Assembly: GCA_964460785.1 (NCBI GenBank)
Contig: CAYWQB010000001.1
Span: 244,657-308,656 of the forward strand
Origin: an uncultured bacterium
GTDB lineage: Bacteria; Chlamydiota; Chlamydiia; Chlamydiales; CAYWQB01
Direction: 5' to 3'
DNA: 64,000 nucleotides
Part shown: piece by piece, positions 34,939-43,977 of the stretch
How the letters are laid out: each line of letters starts with the position of its first letter
Numbering within the stretch: position 1 is the first letter of the stretch
The notes under the pieces: generated by a model
The model's database searches: none
The model's input: the letters and a program-made list of their open reading frames with translations, nothing else
Told to the model about the DNA's origin: nothing
Translations under genes and position numbers: made by a program

Positions 34939-37197
34939 GTGTCCAGCCGTTCTTTATATCCTCTCATAGCCCTCACTCTTCTAACCACAGCATGTGGAGA
35001 GAGAGTCTCTCCAAGTGCACTGGAAAGTAATCGCTACTTAAAAGGCGTCTCACAAGCTCAGGCAGAATCTGAGTTAGATCTCTCTAAAGAAGCTGCTTTT
35101 TTTGCTCTAAAGCAAATAGAAGAAACAGCCTCTTCTCCTCTCAGTCTCTCTTTAAGTCGTGCAATTCGCGCTCGATACACACAGCTAGATCAAGAGAAGC
35201 AGTTGTTTTGCACCTATCAGCTACAAAATACCCCTTCTCATCTTCCCATTGTTCCTGGAGAGAGTTTTGCTCTTTCATCCACCAGTGTTTATGATGACTA
35301 CAAGCTCCATATTGCGTGCAAAATGCCTGAGGTCCCTAAAGAAGGGGCTCCTATTTATGTATTTTTAGGCAGACAGAAGGATTTTCCTTCTGACCTCAAG
35401 CAAGAGGATGCCTGGTTCCTCTTTCTCCCCTCAAGGCCAGTACTCAACTATGAGCTCCTTGCAGAGGGAGATCTTCGTCATAGTTTAGAAAACTTTAGGT
35501 CTCTATACCCCAGCTTGGCACAAAGCCCTATCTACCTTGTAGCTGAAGGTAAAGCCTCTGAGCCAGCACTCCAGCTAGCCAATCATTACCAGCAACTCTT
35601 TTCAGGTGTTGCCTGGTCAGGAGAGGCAACAGGCATTGGCTTAAAGAATCTTGACCGTACCCCCTTGATCTATTTTGCTTCTGAGCAAGCAAGCCCTGCT
35701 CCTTTTACGGGTCAGCAAGTGATTCATCGATTCCAAAAAAGAGGCAATCAGCAAGCCTTCTATACAGCTTCCCTACAAGAAGCACTAGATCATCTCCAAG
35801 GACTGTCTGTTGACTATGCAAAACCTTATGCATTTCGAGACTACCAGCATGCTGCTGCCACCCCTTGGGCGCAAGTGCTTCATAAAGTATCAGAAGAAGA
35901 AGAGGCTATTTTCTCTTATTTTCTCCAAGGAAATGAGCTCCACATTGAAGGAAAAAACCTCTCTCACCTCTTATTAAAGCCTGAGTTTTTCCCTGAAGAG
36001 TGGGTAGTAAACAGTGTTTTCTTTGGAGGAGACCGTTACCTCTTTATCAACGAGCGTCAGCAAATCCTTGTGGGCCCTTCTGGAAAAGATCTTCAAGACC
36101 TTTCTCTTAAAGCGAGCTCCCCTGGGTCTCTTTTAAACTTCTTTCGCAATGAGCCTGTGGTGATTGTCTACCAAGATACAGGTATGCCCCCAGAGCCCTT
36201 AAGGGAGCTTTATTTAGGGGCTAAGCAGCTTGCAAAGCTAGATTTTACAGGACTTCCAGAGCACTCATTCAAGCTACCTATGATTCCTTTATCCTCTTAT
36301 ACATCAGAAAAGTATCAGGGGTACCGCGTAATTTTTTGGGGAGAGGAAAAGGCTTTTGCAGCCTATGCAGGGGCTGATTTTCTTCCTTTGCAAATTGAGG
36401 ACCAAAACCTCTATATCAATGGAAAACATATTGCCTCTATTTTCTCCCCAATGGACTCATGGGCATATATGATTACAACTACTGGCCCCAGTAAAACTCC
36501 ACCTACAGCAGCCTTTATTGCAAAAGATGCGGCAGGGTTCCATGCACTGCGAGCCTCTGTGTTAAAGGGAACCTCGCTTTACCAGACCGCGGATCTTACA
36601 GTCATGGGTAAAGAGCAGCTTAATCAAAACTACCAAGAAATTGGCTCATACACGTTCGGAGGCTTTTGGGATACCAGTGCTGAAAGCTCTTTCCTCTTTT
36701 ACAATCCTTTTGAGTCTCAAAAGCCTTGGGAAAGAATCATTGCCAACTATCTTCTTTCACAAACAAAAGCGAAAGGAATCATTTCCCTACCCTTTTTCTA
36801 TGACTATCACACGCTACCATCGACCTTTACAAAGGCAACTTTAGAGCAAGTCTTACAAAACCGCAGCTTTAGCTTAGTGAGTTTTCGGGGGTGGGAAGGG
36901 GCAACACTGTTTTTTGAAATATTGAAGCTCAATTCTCATATCATTCACTTTGGCTTAGACCCTTATATTTCTGTAGAACCTAGCCAATGGCCCTCGAACT
37001 TCAGCCTATCTGTAGTAGTAGATAATCACCTACTCATGGAACTTCCAGAGCTTGTTCGTAATCAGTTGATCTACACTCCTCTTCCGTTTACTTTGCAAGA
37101 GTGGCTTGAAGTTGGTGTTGAGCAAGATATAGACTACTTTCGCCTCCAATTCCAAGAACTTGCACAACACAACTCGGGAGAGAACACACATGGATGA
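34939..37197 (+). CDS. Large hypothetical lipoprotein (752 aa)
   Basis: The start is GTG. The signal plus degenerate lipobox reads LIALTLLTTAC. I recognised no domain. Confidence 0.65.
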   Translation: MSSRSLYPLIALTLLTTACGERVSPSALESNRYLKGVSQAQAESELDLSKEAAFFALKQIEETASSPLSLSLSRAIRARYTQLDQEKQLFCTYQLQNTPSHLPIVPGESFALSSTSVYDDYKLHIACKMPEVPKEGAPIYVFLGRQKDFPSDLKQEDAWFLFLPSRPVLNYELLAEGDLRHSLENFRSLYPSLAQSPIYLVAEGKASEPALQLANHYQQLFSGVAWSGEATGIGLKNLDRTPLIYFASEQASPAPFTGQQVIHRFQKRGNQQAFYTASLQEALDHLQGLSVDYAKPYAFRDYQHAAATPWAQVLHKVSEEEEAIFSYFLQGNELHIEGKNLSHLLLKPEFFPEEWVVNSVFFGGDRYLFINERQQILVGPSGKDLQDLSLKASSPGSLLNFFRNEPVVIVYQDTGMPPEPLRELYLGAKQLAKLDFTGLPEHSFKLPMIPLSSYTSEKYQGYRVIFWGEEKAFAAYAGADFLPLQIEDQNLYINGKHIASIFSPMDSWAYMITTTGPSKTPPTAAFIAKDAAGFHALRASVLKGTSLYQTADLTVMGKEQLNQNYQEIGSYTFGGFWDTSAESSFLFYNPFESQKPWERIIANYLLSQTKAKGIISLPFFYDYHTLPSTFTKATLEQVLQNRSFSLVSFRGWEGATLFFEILKLNSHIIHFGLDPYISVEPSQWPSNFSLSVVVDNHLLMELPELVRNQLIYTPLPFTLQEWLEVGVEQDIDYFRLQFQELAQHNSGENTHG

Positions 37198-37750
37198 TAT
37201 TTCTAGCCTAGGCGCAGCAACAACTCCTTTTGGGCATCAAGATCGCTTGCGTCCTGAGGCTATGCTTCGTGCAGACCGCGTTGTTAATAACCTCTCTGAC
37301 AAGCTTCAAATGACTGCAGGAGAAGCCACAACTTTTTCTGTTGCTCTATCTTCGGTCATAAAAAGCACTCGAGGCACAGAGCTTGACCAGCTCTGGAAAC
37401 GCGTAGAATCAGCCCTCAACCAGGGGCAGTCCATTTCTGAAGTGAGCAAGCTCTCGACAGTTGAACAAGTCAAGACAACTGCAGCTCTCTTCTACTCTAT
37501 GATGAACCTGGTTGATAAAGAGTCCAATACACAGCTGATGAGCCAGTTTCGCACAGCATATATTGAAGGCCGCAAGCATATTGAAGAGCGCTTTCTCCCT
37601 CAGCTTGAAAGCACACAGCAAAACCTTCTCAAGCGTATTATTCGCATCACTGACCGCCGTATGCAATCAGTGGTCAAAAGAATGAACAGAGCTGTGGACG
37701 CTGGAGAGGTTGCGGGTCCGAAGATCTTTGTCGATAGCTTCAGTAGTTGA
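37190..37750 (+). CDS. Hypothetical helical protein (186 aa)
   Basis: The ATG at 37190 overlaps the upstream stop (ATGGATGA), and a GGGAGAG SD lies upstream. The 3' end overlaps the convergent pfp gene by 84 nt. Confidence 0.5.
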   Translation: MDDISSLGAATTPFGHQDRLRPEAMLRADRVVNNLSDKLQMTAGEATTFSVALSSVIKSTRGTELDQLWKRVESALNQGQSISEVSKLSTVEQVKTTAALFYSMMNLVDKESNTQLMSQFRTAYIEGRKHIEERFLPQLESTQQNLLKRIIRITDRRMQSVVKRMNRAVDAGEVAGPKIFVDSFSS

Positions 37751-39361
37751 GCTTTGCTCAAGCTGTAGAGTTAAAGGTCGAACATTGCAAACGGCTTCCT
37801 CACCAAAGTACTGCATAGGGCCTGGGTACTTATAATGATCCTGCTCTCGCCATTGCTCTCTAGCTTGACTGAAGTAGTGAAAAGGACGGCTATGCAAGTC
37901 TACAAGAGCTTTGCGGATCACGGGCTTTAGCTTTCCTTTTCTCTTTTCAAGATGTAAGAGCTGGGCTATAGGAACACCTCCTGGCTGCCAATCTTGTACT
38001 TCCCCTTCGACACCAGTCAACTGGCTCATATAGCCACTATACTTTCCCTTCACTAATAGAGCTGATGTGCTACCAAGAGCATAACAGTAGATTGCATCAA
38101 AGGCCGAAGGATAAGCGCAGCGCCCCTCATAACCAAAAAAGTGAGGAATAGCTTGGAACTTACCACTATAAGAACCTTCTGCTTTTCTTTTTTCAAGCTC
38201 TGCTTGGGTCATTTCAATAAAGAGTCGCTCTGTCTCTATTTGACTGACACGCACATTGCCATGGGGATCTCTATCTAAAAGAAGTTGCTGCTGTAGAGCC
38301 CAGGGCATTACCCTAAAACAAGCTCGACTTTCAGCAGATAGTTTTTCCACTGCTTGCTGAGGATCTGTAGCATCCGACAGCAAATGATTCAGCTCGGCAA
38401 TTAAGCGCTGCACCTCTGGGATAAATTCTATTAACCCCTCAGGGAGAAGAACTACCCCATAGTTTTTTCCTATCTTGGCTCGCTCCTCTACTAAATCTGC
38501 GACTTGTTCAACAACTTGTCGAAGGGATAGTTGCTTAGCTTGAACCTCTTCCCCAATTAGAGCAAGATTTGGGTGTGTGCGTAGGGCACATTCTAGGGTG
38601 ATATTCGAAGCACTCCGCCCCATTAAACGAACAAAGTGATAGTATTTTTTAGCAGACAAGCAATCTCTTTCGATATTACCAATCAACTCTGCATACACTC
38701 CACAGGCCGTATCAAAACCAAATGAGATAGGAATCTCTTCATTTTTCAAATCCCCATCAATTGTTTTCGGAACCCCGACAACAGTTGTAGGCACCTGCTC
38801 CTTTTTAAAAGATTCTGCAAGCAAAGCTGCATTGGTATTTGAATCATCTCCACCTATAATGACAAGTCCATCAAGTTGCAAAGCAAGGGCTGTCTGTTTT
38901 GCTTGTTCCAGCTGCTCCTTTGTCTCAATCTTTGTTCGGCCAGAGCCTAAAAGATCGAACCCTCCTTGATTACGATATGCTTGAAGAACCTCTTCCTCTA
39001 GAGGGGCTTGGTGGTTGTGTAGGAGCCCATCTGGACCTCCTAAAAAGCCGATCAACTCACTCTGTGGAGATAGTTGTTTTAGGGACTCCCATAGGCCTAA
39101 AATAACATTATGCCCGCCTGGAGCTTGCCCTCCTGAAAAAAGAACACCAACCCGAAGTTTCTTCTTTTCTGTGGGCTTTTTTCCTCTCTTCACTAGAACT
39201 TTGGAGCTCTTCTGACCAAAAGGAAAATCCTTAGCTATTTCTTCTGGCAATGAATAAGAGCTTTCTTGCTCTTCAAAGGTACACATTGCTAGACTGTCAA
39301 GAAGTGCTGGTTTTGCAAGGTATACCTTTTGGATAGCTTGCTGCAGTTGTCCCTCTTTCAT
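37667..39361 (-). CDS. pfp: Diphosphate (PPi)-dependent 6-phosphofructokinase
   Basis: The protein is 564 aa. Motifs are VGVLFSGGQAPGGHNV, IIGGDDSNTNAA, VGVPKTIDGD and MGRSAS. The long-form architecture is typical of PPi-PFK. A strong AGGAGGGGG SD is present. Confidence 0.9.
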   Translation of the reverse strand: MKEGQLQQAIQKVYLAKPALLDSLAMCTFEEQESSYSLPEEIAKDFPFGQKSSKVLVKRGKKPTEKKKLRVGVLFSGGQAPGGHNVILGLWESLKQLSPQSELIGFLGGPDGLLHNHQAPLEEEVLQAYRNQGGFDLLGSGRTKIETKEQLEQAKQTALALQLDGLVIIGGDDSNTNAALLAESFKKEQVPTTVVGVPKTIDGDLKNEEIPISFGFDTACGVYAELIGNIERDCLSAKKYYHFVRLMGRSASNITLECALRTHPNLALIGEEVQAKQLSLRQVVEQVADLVEERAKIGKNYGVVLLPEGLIEFIPEVQRLIAELNHLLSDATDPQQAVEKLSAESRACFRVMPWALQQQLLLDRDPHGNVRVSQIETERLFIEMTQAELEKRKAEGSYSGKFQAIPHFFGYEGRCAYPSAFDAIYCYALGSTSALLVKGKYSGYMSQLTGVEGEVQDWQPGGVPIAQLLHLEKRKGKLKPVIRKALVDLHSRPFHYFSQAREQWREQDHYKYPGPMQYFGEEAVCNVRPLTLQLEQSSTTEAIDKDLRTRNLSSVHSSVHSFDH

Positions 39362-39382
39362 TCTTTCCCCCTCCTGATAGAC

Positions 39383-40144
39383 TTATAGATGCTGATGCAT
39401 CCATTGGCTAATTTCTTTTAGGTAGATCCCCCTAGCTGGCTCTTCTCCAAAGAGGTGCGCAACACCTGGAACCTCCACAAAGCGATCGGCTTCTACTCCC
39501 TTCCGGTTTCTTGCATAACAATGGAAATGCTCTAAAGACACTACATCGTCACAGTCCCCATGGAAACAAAGAAGAGGAAGGTGTGTCAAACCATGCAGCT
39601 GTTCAGCAGGACGCATCGAAGCAAAAATATCTTGTGCCTCATGACCATGAGGAAAAATAGAGGAGATCTCCTCTTCTGGATGCTTGTGTTGCCATTCATC
39701 TAGCCATAGCTGACCATCTGCAATCGCTGCAGATAACGCCAAAGCTTTGAGTGAAGGTGTCTGTGCTGCAGCCAATGCAGCGACAGCTCCTCCTAAGGAA
39801 TTGCCAACTAGACCCATTCGATTGGCATCAAGAGAGGGGTTCTTTGCCAGAAAATCTAGCATAAACCGCACTTGCTCTACCTGGCTATTGACAGTTTCTG
39901 TATGCATAGAGCCTGTGCTTTCTCCACATCCTAAAAAATCAAAACGCACAGCAGCGATTCCCTGTGCAGCGAGAAGATCTGCTAGCTCAACATAGAGGCG
40001 GTAGCGCCCCATGCGGTCCCCTCGATAGCCATGGCAGAGAAGGACTGCGGGATGCTTTGTATCTGCCACAGGCAAATGTAACATTCCGTGGATCACTTCC
40101 TCTCCATAGGGAATGGTTAAAAACTTTCTATCTACAACCACCAT
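39383..40144 (-). CDS. Alpha/beta-fold hydrolase
   Basis: The nucleophile elbow is GNSLGG. The HGYRGDR and FDFLGCGES patterns are present, with a C-terminal HG.CD and a His. I placed the start at ATG 40144, which gives a TAATG overlap with the sdaA stop. The ORF-track GTG is at 40150. Confidence 0.75.
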   Translation of the reverse strand: MVVVDRKFLTIPYGEEVIHGMLHLPVADTKHPAVLLCHGYRGDRMGRYRLYVELADLLAAQGIAAVRFDFLGCGESTGSMHTETVNSQVEQVRFMLDFLAKNPSLDANRMGLVGNSLGGAVAALAAAQTPSLKALALSAAIADGQLWLDEWQHKHPEEEISSIFPHGHEAQDIFASMRPAEQLHGLTHLPLLCFHGDCDDVVSLEHFHCYARNRKGVEADRFVEVPGVAHLFGEEPARGIYLKEISQWMHQHL

Positions 40145-41514
40145 TAACACTCCACACAGTTCACGGCGAGTCCTCCTTCTGAGGTCTCTTTATAGATTGT
40201 CTGCATATCCTTTCCTGTTTGAAACATTGTTTGGATCACTTGATCAAGAGAGACTCTCCCCCCCCCTTCTCCTCTCAAAGCTAACCGGGCTGCATTGACA
40301 GCCTTGACAGCTCCCATTGTATTTCGCTCAATACAAGGAATCTGAACCAGTCCCTGCACTGGATCACAAGTTAGGCCCAAATTATGCTCCATGCCTATTT
40401 CAGCAGCATCTTCCACTTCCTCTGGGGATCCTCCCAAAATATGGGCCAATGCAGCAGCTGCCATAGAGCAAGCAACCCCGACCTCTCCTTGGCACCCCAT
40501 CTCAGCAGCTGATAGTGAGGCATTTTTATGGTATAAAGCTCCAATTGCCCCAGCAACAAGCAAAAAGTCTGTAATTTTTTCTTCTTGGGCTCCTGGAATC
40601 CAGTCAAGGTAATAGCGCAACACTGCTGGCAAAACGCCTGCAGCTCCATTTGTAGGTGCTGTGACGACTCGCCCTCCTGCTGCATTTTCCTCATTGACGG
40701 CCATGGCATAAACACTCAACCAGTCCATTGAAGAAAGAGGGTCTGGATGTGGAAGGTGTCGATCCTCCACCAGCTTTTGATGAAGACTGTGTGCTCGCCG
40801 CTTTAGGTTTAACCCTCCGGGTAAAAGGCCATCTGTTTGTAACCCTCGGTCAATGCTCATATTCATTACAGACCAGATTTTATAGAGCTCTTGGTCTATA
40901 TCTAAGCCTGGATGTCTAGCTTGTTCATTTGCTCGCACAAGGTCTGCTATGCTGAGCCTATGAATGTCACATAACTTCAGTAACACAGCTCCAGAGGTAA
41001 ATGGATAAGGCAGCAGCGTGGCTTTTTCACTTTGTTCGACAATATGTCTCTGCGTATGAGAGAGGATAAACCCTCCTCCTATGGAGTAGAAAATTTCCTC
41101 TTCTTTTTTAGCTCCTTTGATGGAAAAGCGCATAGCATTGGAGTGGAAGGGTAAAAATTTCCCCTTCAAAAAACACAGGTCTTCTTCATAGTGAAAAGCC
41201 ACTTCTTTAGCCCCTCCCAAATGCAAGACCTTTTCTTGTTTAGTCTTCTCTATAATTGTATCTGCAACCTCAAGATCACAAGTAGCGGGCTCATAGCCAC
41301 TTAACCCTAGCAAGATCGCGCGATCTGTACCATGTCCTTCGCCAGTAAAAGCCAAGGATCCAAAGAGCTCAACTTTTACTCTCTCTACCGTGGAGAGCAG
41401 ATTTTTTTCTTTGAGATGATCTACAAATTTTTTTGCTGCACGCATAGGGCCTACAGTATGAGAGCTTGATGGGCCCATACCGATAGAGAATAGATCGAAT
41501 ACACTAACAACCAA
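40144..41514 (-). CDS. sdaA: L-serine dehydratase, iron-sulfur-dependent, single-chain form
   Basis: [20 protein letters not shown] matches the SdaA N-terminus. I propose a TTG start at 41514, preceded by GAGGAG plus a 6-nt spacer, which gives 456 aa. The ORF-track ATG at 41622 adds 36 non-conserved residues and has no SD. Confidence 0.85.
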   Translation of the reverse strand: MVVSVFDLFSIGMGPSSSHTVGPMRAAKKFVDHLKEKNLLSTVERVKVELFGSLAFTGEGHGTDRAILLGLSGYEPATCDLEVADTIIEKTKQEKVLHLGGAKEVAFHYEEDLCFLKGKFLPFHSNAMRFSIKGAKKEEEIFYSIGGGFILSHTQRHIVEQSEKATLLPYPFTSGAVLLKLCDIHRLSIADLVRANEQARHPGLDIDQELYKIWSVMNMSIDRGLQTDGLLPGGLNLKRRAHSLHQKLVEDRHLPHPDPLSSMDWLSVYAMAVNEENAAGGRVVTAPTNGAAGVLPAVLRYYLDWIPGAQEEKITDFLLVAGAIGALYHKNASLSAAEMGCQGEVGVACSMAAAALAHILGGSPEEVEDAAEIGMEHNLGLTCDPVQGLVQIPCIERNTMGAVKAVNAARLALRGEGGGRVSLDQVIQTMFQTGKDMQTIYKETSEGGLAVNCVEC

Positions 41515-41602
41515 AGGATTCTCCTCATAAAATGGCTTATTCTGGGAAAAAGCTCTAAAGTTCGCAAGGACAACTTCCGATGTCTCCTTTAGGAGAAGTC
41601 GT

Positions 41603-41920
41603 ATGTCTAAAATCCAACCCATCAGTGAGCAAGGTCAACGAGACCATCATTCCCCTTCTCATCAAAACAATCAGAAGGAGAAGAGGGAAGGAGAAGAAAG
41701 CTTTGCCCAGCACCTTACAGAGGAGACAAAGCAGGCTATCTGCTATTCAAAACCTAAACCTAGGGATAAGGATCAGTTTGATCAAAGCTCTCAGCCTCAC
41801 CCTCGAGACCCCAAGTATGGCTATCAAAACCTCCCTCAACTCCAAGCGCAAATTTTAAAGGGGTCCCTTAAACCAAGCAAGAAGAAGCGCTCTTCACTTG
41901 ATGCTGGTCCTTTCTTTTAA
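41603..41920 (+). CDS. Possible small hydrophilic disordered protein (105 aa), uncertain
   Basis: An AGGAGA SD lies 6 nt before ATG 41603. The ORF occupies the otherwise empty ~350-nt gap left when sdaA starts at 41514. The product is Q/K/P/E-rich and low in complexity. Its 3' end overlaps the TPR-GT9 gene by 53 nt. Confidence 0.3.
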   Translation: MSKIQPISEQGQRDHHSPSHQNNQKEKREGEESFAQHLTEETKQAICYSKPKPRDKDQFDQSSQPHPRDPKYGYQNLPQLQAQILKGSLKPSKKKRSSLDAGPFF

Positions 41921-43655
41921 ATAAGAGAGCCCTTTGCACAGCCTCTTCATCCCCTTTTTGCTTACACTCTGCAGCTATGGCAACTCTTTGCAAAACTTCC
42001 TGAAAGGGGGAAGACCAATCCCATGGTTCTTTCTGAAAAAAAAGACGTCCTGAAGAATACCATGAAGTGGTTTCTTGCTCTTTAAACCAGCGCCAATCTT
42101 TTTGATAAGGAATTAAAACCCAAAAAGGCACTCCTAAGCTACCAGCCATATGAACCATCGACGTATCAGGAGCGATGAGAAGATCCATATAAGAACAAGC
42201 AGCAGCTGTATCATCGAAGTCTTTTAAAAAGCGTCCAAGAAGGTGGACATGGGGCTTTTTCCCTAAGTGCCTGATGGGCCTTTCTGCTGCTCCTACTTGA
42301 AAGCTATACAGCTCGATACCAGATAATTCACTTAATTTTTCAAAGTACTGCGCAGGAATGGAGCGATATAAATAGCTTTCTGGGGAATGTGGGCTACATC
42401 GGAAAACAAACCCTATACGCAAGCGGCTTGTAGGAGGAAACTTTTCTTGCATTTTACGAAGAAGAGTTGGGCTTGCTTGTATATATGGCCCTTTTGCAAA
42501 AGGAATGGTTTCTCGTGTCGTTTGCAGAATCCCTGGCAAGGAGCCGAGGCTTATGCGATGAGTTGCTTTTTGTAAAATTTCATCTGTTTGCATCTTTGGA
42601 TGATACGGATAGCATGCCACAGCAGGCAGGTTATGCTTAAAAAGGTGATACTGGACTCGTGGGCACACAAAACTTATCTCAAGTCCGAAGCGCTCTTGTA
42701 CGTCTAACAAAAAGCGCAAAAACATCAAGTTATCCCCTAGTCCCTGCTCTGTTAAGCAGAGCAAATGCACCTTTTTTCCTCTTTCCCCTTGCCACTCGGG
42801 CAGAGTAGAAAATAGAGCCTCTACTTCTTTTTTTGTGATATCTTGGCGCCATTCATAAAGTTTCCATGCCTCCGAGAATCTTTCATTTCGTAGAAAAACA
42901 TGAGAGGCATTGCTGATGATGTCGAGGTCCTCCTCTCCTCTCCTTCCTTCCATAGCTTTTGCCATCTGCTCAGCATAGCCCAAGCTCTCTTTATCTCTTT
43001 GAAGATGGTAGAGTAAAATTGCCAGGTTATTGAGGACATCAATTCGGTCATACACTTTCAAAGCGAAGGTAAGAAGGCGTATACTTAACTCATATTGTTT
43101 CATGCGCTCAGCAGCAAGAGCAACCGCTGCAATTGAATGGCTATATGAGTCTAGCTTTTCTTCTCCACAAAGTTTAAGAAGAAGGGGTACCTCTGTAATG
43201 GGCTCTTTTAAAAGGTCAACACCAAGAAGGGTATTAAGCTCTTGAAAGTTTGCCAGGTGTTTAGAGGTCACCAGAAAGGTGAGATAGCTCGACAGGTTGC
43301 CAATTTGATCATCCTTATGCTGCTTGGCTCCTTGCAGCATCCCAAGCTCATGGCTTTTCTGGAAATAGTCCCTAGCTTTTTCTAGTTCTAAGCTCCAAAA
43401 GGAGATACGCCCAAGCTCATAATAAAGCTGAGGGTCTTCCACCCCTTGATCCAGCCATCTTTGAAGGAAAGAAAGTGCTTTTTGATAATCTCGATGGACC
43501 ACCCAGTAGGATGAAAGAGCAAAGCTCACCTCATAACCATCAGGCTTGATTTTGTAAGCGAGCTCCCAGTGGTCCTGGGCTTTTATATAGTTTGAGCTTT
43601 CAAAATACTTACAGCCCACTTGATAGTGGAATTGATACTTACGCTCAAGATCCAT
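41868..43655 (-). CDS. TPR-repeat protein fused to a glycosyltransferase family 9 (heptosyltransferase-like) domain
   Basis: The N-terminal ~270 aa are TPR-like (YKIKPDGYEVSFALSSYW..., YYELGRISF...). The C-terminal half carries GT9 hallmarks: LCLTEQGLGDNLMFLRFL and IAPDTSMVHMAGSLGVPFWVL. Confidence 0.75.
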   Translation of the reverse strand: MDLERKYQFHYQVGCKYFESSNYIKAQDHWELAYKIKPDGYEVSFALSSYWVVHRDYQKALSFLQRWLDQGVEDPQLYYELGRISFWSLELEKARDYFQKSHELGMLQGAKQHKDDQIGNLSSYLTFLVTSKHLANFQELNTLLGVDLLKEPITEVPLLLKLCGEEKLDSYSHSIAAVALAAERMKQYELSIRLLTFALKVYDRIDVLNNLAILLYHLQRDKESLGYAEQMAKAMEGRRGEEDLDIISNASHVFLRNERFSEAWKLYEWRQDITKKEVEALFSTLPEWQGERGKKVHLLCLTEQGLGDNLMFLRFLLDVQERFGLEISFVCPRVQYHLFKHNLPAVACYPYHPKMQTDEILQKATHRISLGSLPGILQTTRETIPFAKGPYIQASPTLLRKMQEKFPPTSRLRIGFVFRCSPHSPESYLYRSIPAQYFEKLSELSGIELYSFQVGAAERPIRHLGKKPHVHLLGRFLKDFDDTAAACSYMDLLIAPDTSMVHMAGSLGVPFWVLIPYQKDWRWFKEQETTSWYSSGRLFFQKEPWDWSSPFQEVLQRVAIAAECKQKGDEEAVQRALLFKRKDQHQVKSASSCLV

Positions 43656-43709
43656 GATGGCCTCCTGGCGATAAGCTAGCGGTGAGAAATTTTAATATCA
43701 AGAAAGACC

Positions 43710-43723
43710 AGCCCCAAAGGGCT
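43710..43723 (-). terminator. Weak candidate terminator downstream of the tRNA pair
   Basis: On the minus strand, AGCCC-TTTG-GGGCT forms a 5-bp stem followed by GGTCTTTCTTG. The stem is short, so confidence is low. Confidence 0.3.
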
Positions 43724-43756
43724 TTAAGTACTCAGATCAGAGTTTTATCTAGAAAG

Positions 43757-43830
43757 TAGCGGCAGTCGGACTCGAACCAACGACACCCGGATTATGATTC
43801 CGGTGCTCTAACCAACTGAGCTATGCCGCC
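43757..43830 (-). tRNA. tRNA with CAT anticodon, elongator-type (tRNA-Met, or tRNA-Ile2 if C34 is lysidinylated)
   Basis: Minus-strand sequence: GGCGGCATAGCTCAGTTGGTTAGAGCACCGGAATCATAATCCGGGTGTCGTTGGTTCGAGTCCGACTGCCGCTA. It folds as a cloverleaf with a 7-bp acceptor (G1-U72 wobble), D stem GCTC/GAGC, anticodon stem CCGGA/TCCGG, loop AT-CAT-AA and T loop TTCGAGT. No CCA is encoded. Confidence 0.85.
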
Positions 43831-43846
43831 AATGAGGGAAAAAAAT

Positions 43847-43919
43847 TAGCGGGAGGAGGACTCGAACCTCCGACCTTTGGGTTATGAGCCCAACGAGCTG
43901 ACCACTGCTCCATCCCGCG
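43847..43919 (-). tRNA. Initiator tRNA-fMet (CAT)
   Basis: Minus-strand sequence: CGCGGGATGGAGCAGTGGTCAGCTCGTTGGGCTCATAACCCAAAGGTCGGAGGTTCGAGTCCTCCTCCCGCTA. It shows an unpaired 1:72 position (C1/U72), three consecutive G-C pairs (GGG/CCC) at the base of the anticodon stem and close similarity to E. coli metZ. No CCA is encoded. Confidence 0.85.
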
Positions 43920-43977
43920 ATCAAGAAGAGACATACTCTAACGTGAAAGCAACTTTTCATGCAAGAGGAATCTGCAA

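Noticed and set aside
41580-41858. An alternative 92-aa plus-strand ORF in the sdaA upstream gap.
   Set aside because: It has no SD and competes with the SD-preceded frame at 41603. I kept only the latter, and that at low confidence.
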